Source: a virus (lineage: Duplodnaviria; Caudoviricetes). Taken from it: a DNA stretch of 64,000 nt. Of the stretch, positions 32,176 through 40,595 are shown piece after piece (positions within the stretch are counted from its first letter, which is position 1; each line of letters begins with the position of its first letter). The stretch is taken from positions 96,001-160,000 of the IMG/VR virus record IMGVR_UViG_3300033388_005412; one strand, given 5' to 3'. A program made the translations under genes and the position numbers. Below the pieces are notes generated by a model. It worked only from the letters and a program-made list of their open reading frames with translations, was not told the origin of the DNA and did not search any database.

Positions 32176-32673
32176 TTATATTGTTGAAGCGTGTCTCATT
32201 TTGTGCAAAGCAAGCGAAATGCCATCCGAACTCATGTGGTTTCTAGGCATGCCGCTCCGTTTTGCCCACGATATATAACCGGGTCCCGTCCCTGAAGACG
32301 CAATCCGCCCAACTGGTTCGGATCTAAATGATTTCAAAAGCCCGCCTAACATATTAACACCCATGGTTAATGTTGTTAAACCAATTGCTGCCGTTTTCGG
32401 ATTTCTTCCTATTATTCCGCCAATAGTTCTGAACGGTTTTGGAATATTAGACATAAAATTACGCATCCATTTCGTATCAACTTTTGATAATTTTTCCAAC
32501 TGCATTGACCCTATACCTGAAAAATTTGAAACAAGTGAAACCCTTGCCGCAGTTGGCTGAATAGTTGGAATATCTGAAAAAGTTGGTATTTTAACAGACG
32601 GCATTCCAACAAAATCCTGTCCTCCGAAAACAGATCTAAGAAAACTCCAATTTTTAGGAGGCCATGCTGGCAT
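32176..32673 (-). CDS. Hypothetical protein
   Basis: TAATG coupling; hydrophobic stretch AAIGLTTLTMGVNMLGGLL. Confidence 0.6.
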   Translation of the reverse strand: MPAWPPKNWSFLRSVFGGQDFVGMPSVKIPTFSDIPTIQPTAARVSLVSNFSGIGSMQLEKLSKVDTKWMRNFMSNIPKPFRTIGGIIGRNPKTAAIGLTTLTMGVNMLGGLLKSFRSEPVGRIASSGTGPGYISWAKRSGMPRNHMSSDGISLALHKMRHASTI

Positions 32674-33392
32674 TATTCATACCCCCGTAATTTATTTCTA
32701 CTACGACGACGCATAGCATTCGTAAGCGCCGATGTCATAACACCCGACGATAATGCCGGTAAACCAACAACGGCCATATTAGATGTCAATGTGGGACCTA
32801 TTAATCTTTTACTTGCATGTGCCTGGTTTAAAAATTTAGTTGCCGTTCCAATAGCATTCGATGTTGCGCTTTCTAAATTAACACCGGATTTAATACTCAA
32901 TCCCTGCTTATTTATCGCAGTTTTAAGCAAATCCGGAACAACATTTGTTGGAACCGCGGATGATCCACCTAATATATCACTGTACCCTCTAACAGCGTCC
33001 ATTGTTGCATCCAGTACCTTTTTGCGTTTTTGATTGGCGCCCCATCTTATATTCTGTTTTAACATCTTATAAAGAGGTTTTGTAACACCAGATGACAACT
33101 CAGCACTATACCATTCAGATCCCGTCGGGGCCTTTTTAATAGCGCCAAGAGTTTTCGCGAATGCACCTCTTGCGCCAAAGTACTCGGATGCCGCACGGGG
33201 AATATTAATCATAGCCTTCATAACACCAATTACCGGTATAAAACCGGTGCCCCACCCATACTTTTGAAATGAACTTTGAAGTATTCTTTGCCCAACTTTG
33301 CTGGCGCCCACTGTATATTTCAAAGCACTTTTTGCCATTGCCGAAACACCAACAGCCAAACTGCCACCGACTAATAATGCGCCAACACTCAT
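32673..33392 (-). CDS. Hypothetical Gly/Ala-rich basic protein
   Basis: AGGAGA RBS; hydrophobic N-terminus. Confidence 0.62.
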   Translation of the reverse strand: MSVGALLVGGSLAVGVSAMAKSALKYTVGASKVGQRILQSSFQKYGWGTGFIPVIGVMKAMINIPRAASEYFGARGAFAKTLGAIKKAPTGSEWYSAELSSGVTKPLYKMLKQNIRWGANQKRKKVLDATMDAVRGYSDILGGSSAVPTNVVPDLLKTAINKQGLSIKSGVNLESATSNAIGTATKFLNQAHASKRLIGPTLTSNMAVVGLPALSSGVMTSALTNAMRRRSRNKLRGYE

Positions 33393-33394
33393 TT

Positions 33395-33625
33395 TTAATA
33401 ATTCTCCTGATCCTGATTTATGTGCCGTTTACCGCCAAAATTATTAAGAAAAAAACCCAAACCCGCGGCAGATCCAAGAACAATACCGGTTTTGGCACCC
33501 CTTCTCTTTAAAAACTGACTCAATTTTATATTCTTTTCGCTCATTGTCTGCAGCATTCTGATAACACCCTTTGCGCCATTTATAGGATTATTCATTATCT
33601 TCTCCTTCATCGGTTTTATCGACAT
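33395..33625 (-). CDS. Small hypothetical membrane-associated protein
   Basis: GIVLGSAAGLGFFL segment; GAAGGAGA RBS. Confidence 0.5.
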   Translation of the reverse strand: MSIKPMKEKIMNNPINGAKGVIRMLQTMSEKNIKLSQFLKRRGAKTGIVLGSAAGLGFFLNNFGGKRHINQDQENY

Positions 33626-35282
33626 CTTTTATTTCGCCGTCCATAACAACATTAACATCATGCTGCTCCTTCAATTGTCTAGCGTGTTCTCTTAATTTTG
33701 CCGAATAAGTTGAAGCATCATCCTTCATAGACGTAAATAATTTGGTTTTAGATTCCCTGGTTGCGACCATGCTTTTTAATATTTTATCCCGGCGGGCCTG
33801 AACCTTTGTTTTAACACTTAATGCAATATGTTCTTCTTTCCTTATCAACGCCTCGCCGGTTTGCTCATTGATGCCAACAACATTTTCCATGATAAATCCT
33901 TCAGTTGCCAAATAGGCATTCGCCCGGGCATTCAATATATCAATCTCAACAAGCTCCATAACTAAAGCCCTTTCAATTTTATCATCCCAATCTGCTTTCA
34001 ACGATACGATATACTCATCCCGCCATTTTTCCATATAAAGCTGCTCAAACGGACAATTATGAGTTGCAATTCCACCAGCAACATAAGTTTTATGTTTATC
34101 AACATCCAGTGAATAAACTAAACCCTTATAGTTTTCCTTTTTTACTGAAACCTCGACCCATTTTGTTTTTTCATACGTACTCCCATAGCCATATTCGAAT
34201 TTACTTTTTTTATCCTCAAACGTCGGAACATCCATAACACCCGAAATAATATTACAAGCCCTTATAAACATAGGCCATTTAACATATGGGCCCATTTCAG
34301 GATCATTTGAAAATCTACCCTTTTTCCACATGGGATATTCAATTGAAAGACCCAAAGAATTTAGAAATAAATCATACACACCATCATCCTGCAATAAACT
34401 TTCATGATGTTTTCGCATTTGTTCTGGTGTTGCCCATTTATACACACCATCCCATTTAGAATCAACTTTTCGCAAAGAATCAATAAAAGAAAGCCTACTT
34501 GTTTGCGTCTTTAATGAATAATATTCCTCTGCTAAATATGCCTCAGTATTTGTATTATAAACACCCAAAATCCACAATTTATCAGCATCTTCAGAAACAG
34601 CCCGTGAAGCAAAATTCATGTGCAATTTATGCCCATGTGTGCTATTTTTTATTCTATGAATTAATTTAGTTTTTCCTATCCTCCAAAAACGACCTCTTTT
34701 CATTAAATAAACACAAAATTTGCCTATCGCGTTTTCATTAAATTTTGCTGCTGATATATGATCATAAGTTACTTTATGTGAATGATTATTTTTTGTTAAT
34801 AATGTAACAACACATCCATTAAATCCATGTGACGACATTGAAAAAGAATAACCCTTTTTTGCTCCTTGCCTACCTTGCACAAATACACCATGTTTTCTAT
34901 CCCACCCTATTAATCCGTGTTTAGACGGATTTAATTTTTCCACAGGAACATATCCATCCTGAATTGTGTATATTAATTCACCAGGGGGATGACAAAGATT
35001 TCCAAGGGGTGCTTTTTTCGCCGCTTGAAGAGGACATTGTGCCGCAATTGAACATGCGTCGCCCAAACACACCATGGGAACAGATTTAAAATCACCACTC
35101 CCATGGAACCCCAAATATCTACCAATGTTTTTAATATCATCAGGTGTTAATTTTAAAGCTTTAACATAGTCCTCATCGCAAAATTTAATTAAATTACTAA
35201 CATTCATATTTTTAATTTCACTAACCTGTATAACACCCGACGGACTAATCGTTTGCAATTCTTTTGATTTCTTGTCTGACAT
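33588..35282 (-). CDS. Putative terminase small subunit-like protein carrying an intein
   Basis: Start moved to ATG 35282 for RBS spacing; helical C-extein (EHIALSVKTKVQARRDKILKSMVATRE) and position upstream of terL; spliced product has C-x4-C-x5-C-x13-C. Confidence 0.55.
   Translation of the reverse strand: MSDKKSKELQTISPSGVIQVSEIKNMNVSNLIKFCDEDYVKALKLTPDDIKNIGRYLGFHGSGDFKSVPMVCLGDACSIAAQCPLQAAKKAPLGNLCHPPGELIYTIQDGYVPVEKLNPSKHGLIGWDRKHGVFVQGRQGAKKGYSFSMSSHGFNGCVVTLLTKNNHSHKVTYDHISAAKFNENAIGKFCVYLMKRGRFWRIGKTKLIHRIKNSTHGHKLHMNFASRAVSEDADKLWILGVYNTNTEAYLAEEYYSLKTQTSRLSFIDSLRKVDSKWDGVYKWATPEQMRKHHESLLQDDGVYDLFLNSLGLSIEYPMWKKGRFSNDPEMGPYVKWPMFIRACNIISGVMDVPTFEDKKSKFEYGYGSTYEKTKWVEVSVKKENYKGLVYSLDVDKHKTYVAGGIATHNCPFEQLYMEKWRDEYIVSLKADWDDKIERALVMELVEIDILNARANAYLATEGFIMENVVGINEQTGEALIRKEEHIALSVKTKVQARRDKILKSMVATRESKTKLFTSMKDDASTYSAKLREHARQLKEQHDVNVVMDGEIKDVDKTDEGEDNE
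34056..34994 (-). mobile_element. Intein (313 aa) with non-LAGLIDADG, GIY-YIG-like core
   Basis: Starts CHPPGELIYTIQDG, block B VTYDH, ends VYSLDVDKHKTYVAGGIATHN followed by Cys; core CVYLMKRGRFWRIG...EAYLAEE. Confidence 0.9.
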
Positions 35283-35730
35283 AATTATCATCCTCCAACT
35301 GTTTATAATTAAATCTCACAACACGCCATCCGTTTTCTTTTGCTATTGCTTCTTTTATTCTATCATTTCTTTTATATTCCTCAAATTTTTGCTTAGTTTT
35401 GTGCATCATTTTATTAAACTGAAAATGCTGCCTGCCATCATATTCAATAATCAATTTTTTTCCAGGTACAGCTATATCAAATCGTCTATATAACAAAAAA
35501 GGAAAAACTATTTCTTGAAAAACAGGCTCTTTAAAAACACACCCATTAACAACATCTCTAACTGTTCTAAACACCATTGTCTGACCTTCGGATACTTTTT
35601 TTCTAGGCTTCAACACAACCATATTATATTTTTTATAATAAATATATTTCTTCCTGTGCCTCTCACATAAAAACCCGGATTTTATTCCATCGGCGCAGAC
35701 CCAACACGTTCTGCATTCCTTTTGTTCCAT
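35245..35730 (-). CDS. DUF559/Vsr-like PD-(D/E)xK endonuclease
   Basis: RFDIAVPGKKLIIEYDGRQHF...D.IK...GWRVVRF signature; Cys-rich N-terminus. Confidence 0.78.
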   Translation of the reverse strand: MEQKECRTCWVCADGIKSGFLCERHRKKYIYYKKYNMVVLKPRKKVSEGQTMVFRTVRDVVNGCVFKEPVFQEIVFPFLLYRRFDIAVPGKKLIIEYDGRQHFQFNKMMHKTKQKFEEYKRNDRIKEAIAKENGWRVVRFNYKQLEDDNYVRQEIKRIAND

Positions 35731-36044
35731 TCGTCCACCATATCCTCTGCAAAATCCTTTACATTTTTAAACCACAAATTCCGTCCGATTCCGGTTTTGT
35801 TCTGAAACACATTTTCAATAAATCCCACATCACTATGCTCCATATCAAGATTATCAACAACAGCAATAGAGGGAACATATAAAACGCCTTTGCTTAGCCC
35901 TCTTTCATAACCAGACGGCTTATCAAGACTAATTAATTCAACATCATGACCATCACCTATTGTGTTTTTAATAACCTCGACCGTTTTTTTACACAACTCA
36001 ACACTCATCGTGTCATTAGCTTTTCCGTACACCTCGAATTTCAT
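35682..36044 (-). CDS. Hypothetical protein, possibly thioredoxin-like fold without CxxC
   Basis: FEVYG...ELC...YVPSIAV pattern; AAGGAGGAG RBS. Confidence 0.45.
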   Translation of the reverse strand: MKFEVYGKANDTMSVELCKKTVEVIKNTIGDGHDVELISLDKPSGYERGLSKGVLYVPSIAVVDNLDMEHSDVGFIENVFQNKTGIGRNLWFKNVKDFAEDMVDEWNKRNAERVGSAPME

Positions 36045-36298
36045 ATGAAACTCCTCCTTTTCTTGCTCATAGGAACACTATCAATACCAAATTTATTAAT
36101 TAATTCTTCTTTTCTTTTTTGATGTTTTCTTCTCCGCACCTGTTCCCGATCTTTAATATGCCTCAAAGAACTTTCTTTCACATAAAATTGACGTTTCTTC
36201 ATTTCTTCTGCTAGATTAGCATTCAAACAAACACGGCGAAATCTATTAATAATAGACTCGATATTCTCGTTTCTTTTAACAATAACTTTAACACCCAC
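36041..36298 (-). CDS. rpsU: Phage-encoded 30S ribosomal protein bS21
   Basis: VKVIVKRNENIESIINRFRRVC..ANLAEEMKKRQFYVK.S..R matches the S21 pattern; GTG start after AAGGAGG. Confidence 0.85.
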   Translation of the reverse strand: MGVKVIVKRNENIESIINRFRRVCLNANLAEEMKKRQFYVKESSLRHIKDREQVRRRKHQKRKEELINKFGIDSVPMSKKRRSFI

Positions 36299-36321
36299 GG
36301 CGCCTCCTTCTTTCAATATAT

Positions 36322-36349
36322 ATTATAATTTTTTAAGACATAATATCAA
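36322..36349 (-). promoter_or_regulatory. Possible promoter TTGATA-N16-TATAAT upstream of bS21
   Basis: Minus strand TTGATA TTATGTCTTAAAAAAT TATAAT; AT-rich background lowers confidence. Confidence 0.4.
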
Positions 36350-36352
36350 TAA

Positions 36353-36673
36353 TTACGCAAATGACAATTGATCCTTATTTTGTTTATTTTCTATTTTCTG
36401 ATAACCTGGTTTGAAATACCATTTTTTCTTTTTCCATAAAAAAATAGTTCCCTTCTCGCGCCAATTATGTTTATCACAATCAATCACAAACCAAAAATAT
36501 GTATCTGTCGCCTGTTCAACAGTGAAATCAAGAACATCAATATCACAATCAGGTGTTTCACATATTTCATCAAACTCAATCATAATATCGTCAACATGAT
36601 CCTTTAGCCACTCAGCCGCCAAGGCCTTCTTAACAAAATGAATTGACTCCGGATCACCGAATTTTAATTTCAT
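36353..36673 (-). CDS. Hypothetical protein
   Basis: GGGAGA RBS, 106 aa. Confidence 0.6.
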   Translation of the reverse strand: MKLKFGDPESIHFVKKALAAEWLKDHVDDIMIEFDEICETPDCDIDVLDFTVEQATDTYFWFVIDCDKHNWREKGTIFLWKKKKWYFKPGYQKIENKQNKDQLSFA

Positions 36674-36718
36674 ATAAAATCTCCCTTTTTATTCCCGATG
36701 AGGTATAATTAAATCCTT

Positions 36719-36925
36719 TTACCCTCTTTTTCTTCTTTTTTTAACAACCTTTTTACCACATTTCACTAATTTATACCCGTTCGGTATTTTATATTCCACC
36801 CCGCCAATACGCTCACTATAATAATCCGGTAATTTCTCCATTTTACTAACCATTTCATTTATTGTCTTTTTTAAATCAGTAAAATCAACCACAAAATCAT
36901 CATATTTTTTATTTTGTTTCATCAC
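36719..36925 (-). CDS. Hypothetical protein
   Basis: AAGGAGG RBS, 68 aa. Confidence 0.55.
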   Translation of the reverse strand: MMKQNKKYDDFVVDFTDLKKTINEMVSKMEKLPDYYSERIGGVEYKIPNGYKLVKCGKKVVKKRRKRG

Positions 36926-37029
36926 CCCTCCTTTACACTTCCAGGGCGCTTAAGCCCGTTTGTGTCTTTTAATGCATCATACTCAGCCTGTTTTGCTTTC
37001 AATCGTTTTTCACGTTTCTTTTGTTTCAT
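36922..37029 (-). CDS. Small basic peptide (35 aa)
   Basis: MKQKKREKRLKAKQAEYDALK... after GGAGG; fills the gap exactly. Confidence 0.4.
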   Translation of the reverse strand: MKQKKREKRLKAKQAEYDALKDTNGLKRPGSVKEG

Positions 37030-37579
37030 TCATCCTCCCATGTTTTTTACCAACACAATTAAAATTATCCGGTCTGAGATCCATAATAGTCTTAACCTCA
37101 TCAAACGAATACGGCGAAAATGGTGTGTGTGTTTTTAAATGCCATGTGTCAACACCAACATCAAATGATTTTCCCTGGCCATGAAGTTTGTTATGACTAT
37201 GGCCGAACAAATGCCATGTATTATAATGACTTTTCGGCCAGGTACGCATCGCATAATGACTTAACATAATTAATTGCCCATTTATATTGACTTCTTTCAT
37301 ATATGGCAAGTTTCCATATAATTTCATAATTCCCTTATCATGACTTCCGCGGATAAATATGATATCACCATTCAATCTTTCTATAACTTGTTTTATCCAT
37401 CCTGGCGCACCAAATGCAAAATCGCCAATATGGTACGTTGTTCCATCCACCGGCACCACTTTATTCCAATTATTGATCAACAATTCATTCATGTAATGAA
37501 CATTCTTAAATGGTCTATTACAAAAACGAATAATGTTGGTATGACCAAAATGATAATCAGCGGAAAAAAACACACTCAT
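37010..37579 (-). CDS. Calcineurin-like metallophosphoesterase
   Basis: ADYHFGH, HIGDF, RGSHD, LSHY and FGHSH metal-binding motifs. Confidence 0.9.
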   Translation of the reverse strand: MSVFFSADYHFGHTNIIRFCNRPFKNVHYMNELLINNWNKVVPVDGTTYHIGDFAFGAPGWIKQVIERLNGDIIFIRGSHDKGIMKLYGNLPYMKEVNINGQLIMLSHYAMRTWPKSHYNTWHLFGHSHNKLHGQGKSFDVGVDTWHLKTHTPFSPYSFDEVKTIMDLRPDNFNCVGKKHGRMNETKET

Positions 37580-38586
37580 GCCTGCGCACCTGGAATTTTT
37601 TTTAATAATTCTGAACTAATAGTGCCCCGCAATTTTTCCATGACATTTTTTTCCAAAAACTGCATAACCATTTTCATATATAAAGCATTAACATCATTCA
37701 TATTATAAGTATGAGGCAGCTTTGTTTTTTTATACGCGTCTTCTATATCAGCCTCCAATGAGTCAGCATAATCAAGAACTTCTTTTAATTTCCATTTTCC
37801 CACTTTTATATCTTTAATCAAATCAGCATTCGGCAGTGGAAATTTTAATTCTTCATTTTTTAACAGCGTTACACCCTCGGCGAAGAGACGAATCAAATGT
37901 GAAGAAAATTTTGTATCATATCCATATTTTAAAACCAATTCCTTTCTATGCCCAACTTTATCTAATCTATCTTTAATATATTGTTTAACTTTTTTAATAT
38001 GTAAATTATCCTTAAAATTCAAATCACCTATAGCAACATTTGCGCCCTTAAAAACAATAAAGGGCAGTTTTTTATCTTTTAATTCTATAAGATATTTCAC
38101 ATCTCCGACATCACATAAATAATCATAAGCATTTTTTAATAAATTAAATTTGTCGGTTTTAATAATCATTTTATGTTTTTGCGCATGCGCATACCCGCAA
38201 AACCTATGATACAAACCTTTATGTAAAAACATATGCCGATTGTCCATTAAAAACTTACCAATATCATTTCTAAATAAAATATTCTCATCATTCACATACA
38301 TAAGCTCAAGAATATTTGGATTATTATTCATCAATAATCTTACATATTTTTCAAGAGAATACAAAACACAATCAACAGCATCCTTTGTGTTTTTGCCAGA
38401 ATCATCTTTACTTTTATCCGACAGATCAACTTGTTCAATTCTTTTAAGCCCCATTATATAATCAAGATCCGGAATAAAAATTCCCGAAAAATCTAAATCA
38501 GATGTTTCGGTATTTGTTCCATATAAATTAGATCCAACCCGAACCTTCAATATAATATTACGCAACGCCATTTCCTGTTCTTTCAT
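37576..38586 (-). CDS. Pol-beta-superfamily nucleotidyltransferase (PF10127-like)
   Basis: VGSNLYGTNTETSDLDFSG (GS...DxD), NNPNILE and KFSSHLIRL motifs. Confidence 0.85.
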   Translation of the reverse strand: MKEQEMALRNIILKVRVGSNLYGTNTETSDLDFSGIFIPDLDYIMGLKRIEQVDLSDKSKDDSGKNTKDAVDCVLYSLEKYVRLLMNNNPNILELMYVNDENILFRNDIGKFLMDNRHMFLHKGLYHRFCGYAHAQKHKMIIKTDKFNLLKNAYDYLCDVGDVKYLIELKDKKLPFIVFKGANVAIGDLNFKDNLHIKKVKQYIKDRLDKVGHRKELVLKYGYDTKFSSHLIRLFAEGVTLLKNEELKFPLPNADLIKDIKVGKWKLKEVLDYADSLEADIEDAYKKTKLPHTYNMNDVNALYMKMVMQFLEKNVMEKLRGTISSELLKKIPGAQA

Positions 38587-38746
38587 ACATCCTCCATACT
38601 TATCACCTTAACATCGGCCCTTCGCATGCACCACACGAATATAATCGTACATATTCAGCACACCCCTCGGTCTTTTAACGAAACTAGACCTACGCCTTTC
38701 TCGCCGACTTTTTAAATTTTATAAAACACCACACCAACATCAAAAC

Positions 38747-38832
38747 TGGAGCCGGCGAGAGGATTCGAACCCCCGAGGACTTACGTCACCGGTTTACAAA
38801 ACCGGTCCTATCAACCACTAAGGGACACCGGC
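38747..38832 (-). tRNA. tRNA-Thr(UGU), 86 nt, long variable arm, CCA encoded
   Basis: Acceptor GCCGGTG/CGCCGGC, anticodon stem CCGGT/ACCGG with loop TTTGTAA, TTCGAAT T-loop, U73-CCA. Confidence 0.82.
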
Positions 38833-39218
38833 AATTTCTTTGCACGACCTCTTCCAAAATGAGCTGCCATGCATTTTCGATTACAATAAAAATCTTTTTG
38901 CCCAGCTTTTATTTTATTCTTAATTCTATTTGCTCTTTTATTCTTTAATTTTCCGCAAAATGTACACCGAATTGTTATCATAGCTGGCTTGGATGCATGC
39001 CCGCTCGCATGTCTTTTTCTATCAGTTAATTCTAAATTTTCTATACGATTATCATGTATATCTCCATTAATATGGTGAACAATTTCACTGCTTTTTAATA
39101 TTCTTCCTATCTTTTGAGACATAACCCATCGATGCTTTAAAATCGCACCATTTCTATTTGCCATAGGATTCCCAATCTTACCACAAACATAATCATAAAA
39201 TTTTTTTTTATTTTCCAT
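38811..39218 (-). CDS. HNH homing endonuclease
   Basis: HRWVM...[16 protein letters not shown]...H; C-terminal CTFC...YCNRKC; its 3' end overlaps the 5' end of tRNA-Thr. Confidence 0.88.
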   Translation of the reverse strand: MENKKKFYDYVCGKIGNPMANRNGAILKHRWVMSQKIGRILKSSEIVHHINGDIHDNRIENLELTDRKRHASGHASKPAMITIRCTFCGKLKNKRANRIKNKIKAGQKDFYCNRKCMAAHFGRGRAKKLPVSLSG

Positions 39219-39243
39219 TTTATTCAAATATTCCTAAACATCT

Positions 39244-39270
39244 TTACTCTACCAACTGAGCCACACCCTG
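39244..39270 (-). pseudogene. Isolated 5' half of a tRNA
   Basis: CAGGGTG TG GCTC AGTTGGTA GAGT (acceptor 5' strand plus perfect D-arm); no matching T-arm follows, the HNH gene does. Confidence 0.6.
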
Positions 39271-39279
39271 TTTTTTTTT

Positions 39280-39353
39280 TCGAGCGGGCAGGATTTGAAC
39301 CTGCGACCTTCGGGTTATGGGCCCGCGAAGCTACCAAACTGCTCTACCGCTCT
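39280..39353 (-). tRNA. Initiator-type tRNA-Met(CAU), no encoded CCA, C33
   Basis: 1:72 mismatch, A11-U24, three G-C pairs closing loop CCCATAA, TTCAAAT T-loop. Confidence 0.82.
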
Positions 39354-39360
39354 TCATATA

Positions 39361-39438
39361 TGGTACCGATGGTGGGATTCGAACACACACCTGTCAGCAT
39401 TTTAAGTGCTGTGACTCTACCAATTGGTCTACACCGGC
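39361..39438 (-). tRNA. tRNA-Leu(UAA) with short (6-nt) variable region, CCA encoded
   Basis: Leu-type D-loop AATTGGTAGA, stem CAGCA/TGCTG, loop CTTAAAA, A73-CCA. Confidence 0.78.
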
Positions 39439-39445
39439 ATATTCT

Positions 39446-39475
39446 ATATTATTTTTATTTCACCCATATTATCAA
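39446..39475 (-). promoter_or_regulatory. Probable promoter of the tRNA cluster, TTGATA-N18-TAATAT
   Basis: -10 element ends 7 nt before the first tRNA base; same -10 hexamer as the three TTGACA promoters. Confidence 0.55.
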
Positions 39476-39493
39476 CTTAAGACATCAACACTA

Positions 39494-39694
39494 TCAGCAC
39501 CATCTGGTCAATGACCTTTTTTTATTCATAATATGATATTTAGCTTTATCTAAATCCTGCTGCTTAATATACCAGCATCCTTTGTGTTTATATCCCGGAA
39601 CTTTACCGTCATGCACAAGAGCACGAACATACTTCGGGTTTTTTTCACCATACATCTTAGCAACCATTGCAATTGTATACCCAGTGTAATCCAT
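39494..39694 (-). CDS. Excisionase-like helix-turn-helix protein
   Basis: YTIAMVAKMYG...YVRALVHDGKVPGYK.KGCWYI pattern. Confidence 0.72.
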   Translation of the reverse strand: MDYTGYTIAMVAKMYGEKNPKYVRALVHDGKVPGYKHKGCWYIKQQDLDKAKYHIMNKKRSLTRWC

Positions 39695-39704
39695 TTTTCC
39701 TCCT

Positions 39705-39917
39705 TTAGTTTTTTTTCTTTTTTAGTTTTTTACGATATTTATCAACTAAATTATTATATTCATCGATAAACTCTTTTTTTAATAAAATACCTTTCGATAG
39801 ACATGACTCACAAAACATGCCCTCAATAAATCGAAAAGAATCAGTCATCGGCGTTGAACCTACTGAATAACAACCCTTAATTTCATCACCACACCCATCA
39901 CAAAAATACTTAATCAT
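39705..39917 (-). CDS. Hypothetical protein with CxxC pairs
   Basis: CDGC...CESC; AAGGAGG RBS. Confidence 0.6.
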   Translation of the reverse strand: MIKYFCDGCGDEIKGCYSVGSTPMTDSFRFIEGMFCESCLSKGILLKKEFIDEYNNLVDKYRKKLKKKKN

Positions 39918-40090
39918 TTTTCCTCCTTTAGTTTTTCAACATATGATATTTCCATATTATCATAAGAATACTCTTCTTTTATTATTTTTTCAACTTTCTT
40001 TTTTGCCTCTTTTTTGTTCCTGGCTGTGACAGTGAACTCGTCATAATCACGCACTTCACAACCAACTACATATTCGTTAAGTTTTTTCAT
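39914..40090 (-). CDS. Hypothetical protein (58 aa)
   Basis: MKKLNEYVVGCEVRDY... after GGAGG; ATGA coupling to the next gene. Confidence 0.5.
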   Translation of the reverse strand: MKKLNEYVVGCEVRDYDEFTVTARNKKEAKKKVEKIIKEEYSYDNMEISYVEKLKEEK

Positions 40091-40592
40091 TTTTCAACAC
40101 CTCCAAACTCATTCTACATAAGGTAGAACTCTGATTTTTGACCATAAGAATAATATCCTTAAAACTTAATCTTGGCACATTAAATGCCTTTGCTTTTTTA
40201 GTAACTATTATATTACAACACCACCAATTTATATTTGTTATATCAATATCACACCGTGCACTAAACAATCCAAAATTACTATCTTTTAATTCATCTTTGA
40301 CAACATCAGAAATATCATCCGGTACACAATAATAAAATTTATAAGGCATTATCTCTGGGTATTTTTCTCTATATTTCCAAATTTTTTTATTCTTGTCATT
40401 TCTAAAATCAGCCAAAGAAGTCTTAATTTCTATTTCAATTAAATGTCTTCTATCATCAACAACTAAAACATCAGGACGATATCTATATTTATATTTACCA
40501 ATTCCTTGTTCACATACTACAATAGGGTACTGTTTTTCATACCTGAAATAACACATAACTGCTGATCGTAATATTTTATTTTTCCTATTCAT
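40077..40592 (-). CDS. MmcB-like PD-(D/E)xK nuclease
   Basis: RPDVLVV...IEIEIKTSLADFRND motif. Confidence 0.75.
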   Translation of the reverse strand: MNRKNKILRSAVMCYFRYEKQYPIVVCEQGIGKYKYRYRPDVLVVDDRRHLIEIEIKTSLADFRNDKNKKIWKYREKYPEIMPYKFYYCVPDDISDVVKDELKDSNFGLFSARCDIDITNINWWCCNIIVTKKAKAFNVPRLSFKDIILMVKNQSSTLCRMSLEVLKNEKT

Positions 40593-40595
40593 TTA

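Noticed and set aside
1045-33511. Short plus-strand ORFs in the track (e.g. 8342-8911, 23753-24373, 28165-28599)
   Set aside because: Antisense shadows fully inside long minus-strand genes, with no RBS or motifs
38747-38832. tRNA-Tyr(GUA) reading
   Set aside because: GTA would fall at loop positions 35-37; the 5-bp stem and D-arm register put TGT at 34-36, and the discriminator is U rather than A
38832-39244. Group I intron with HNH inside a tRNA
   Set aside because: No separate 3' exon exists (the next T-arm belongs to the complete tRNA-Thr) and no P7-like core is visible
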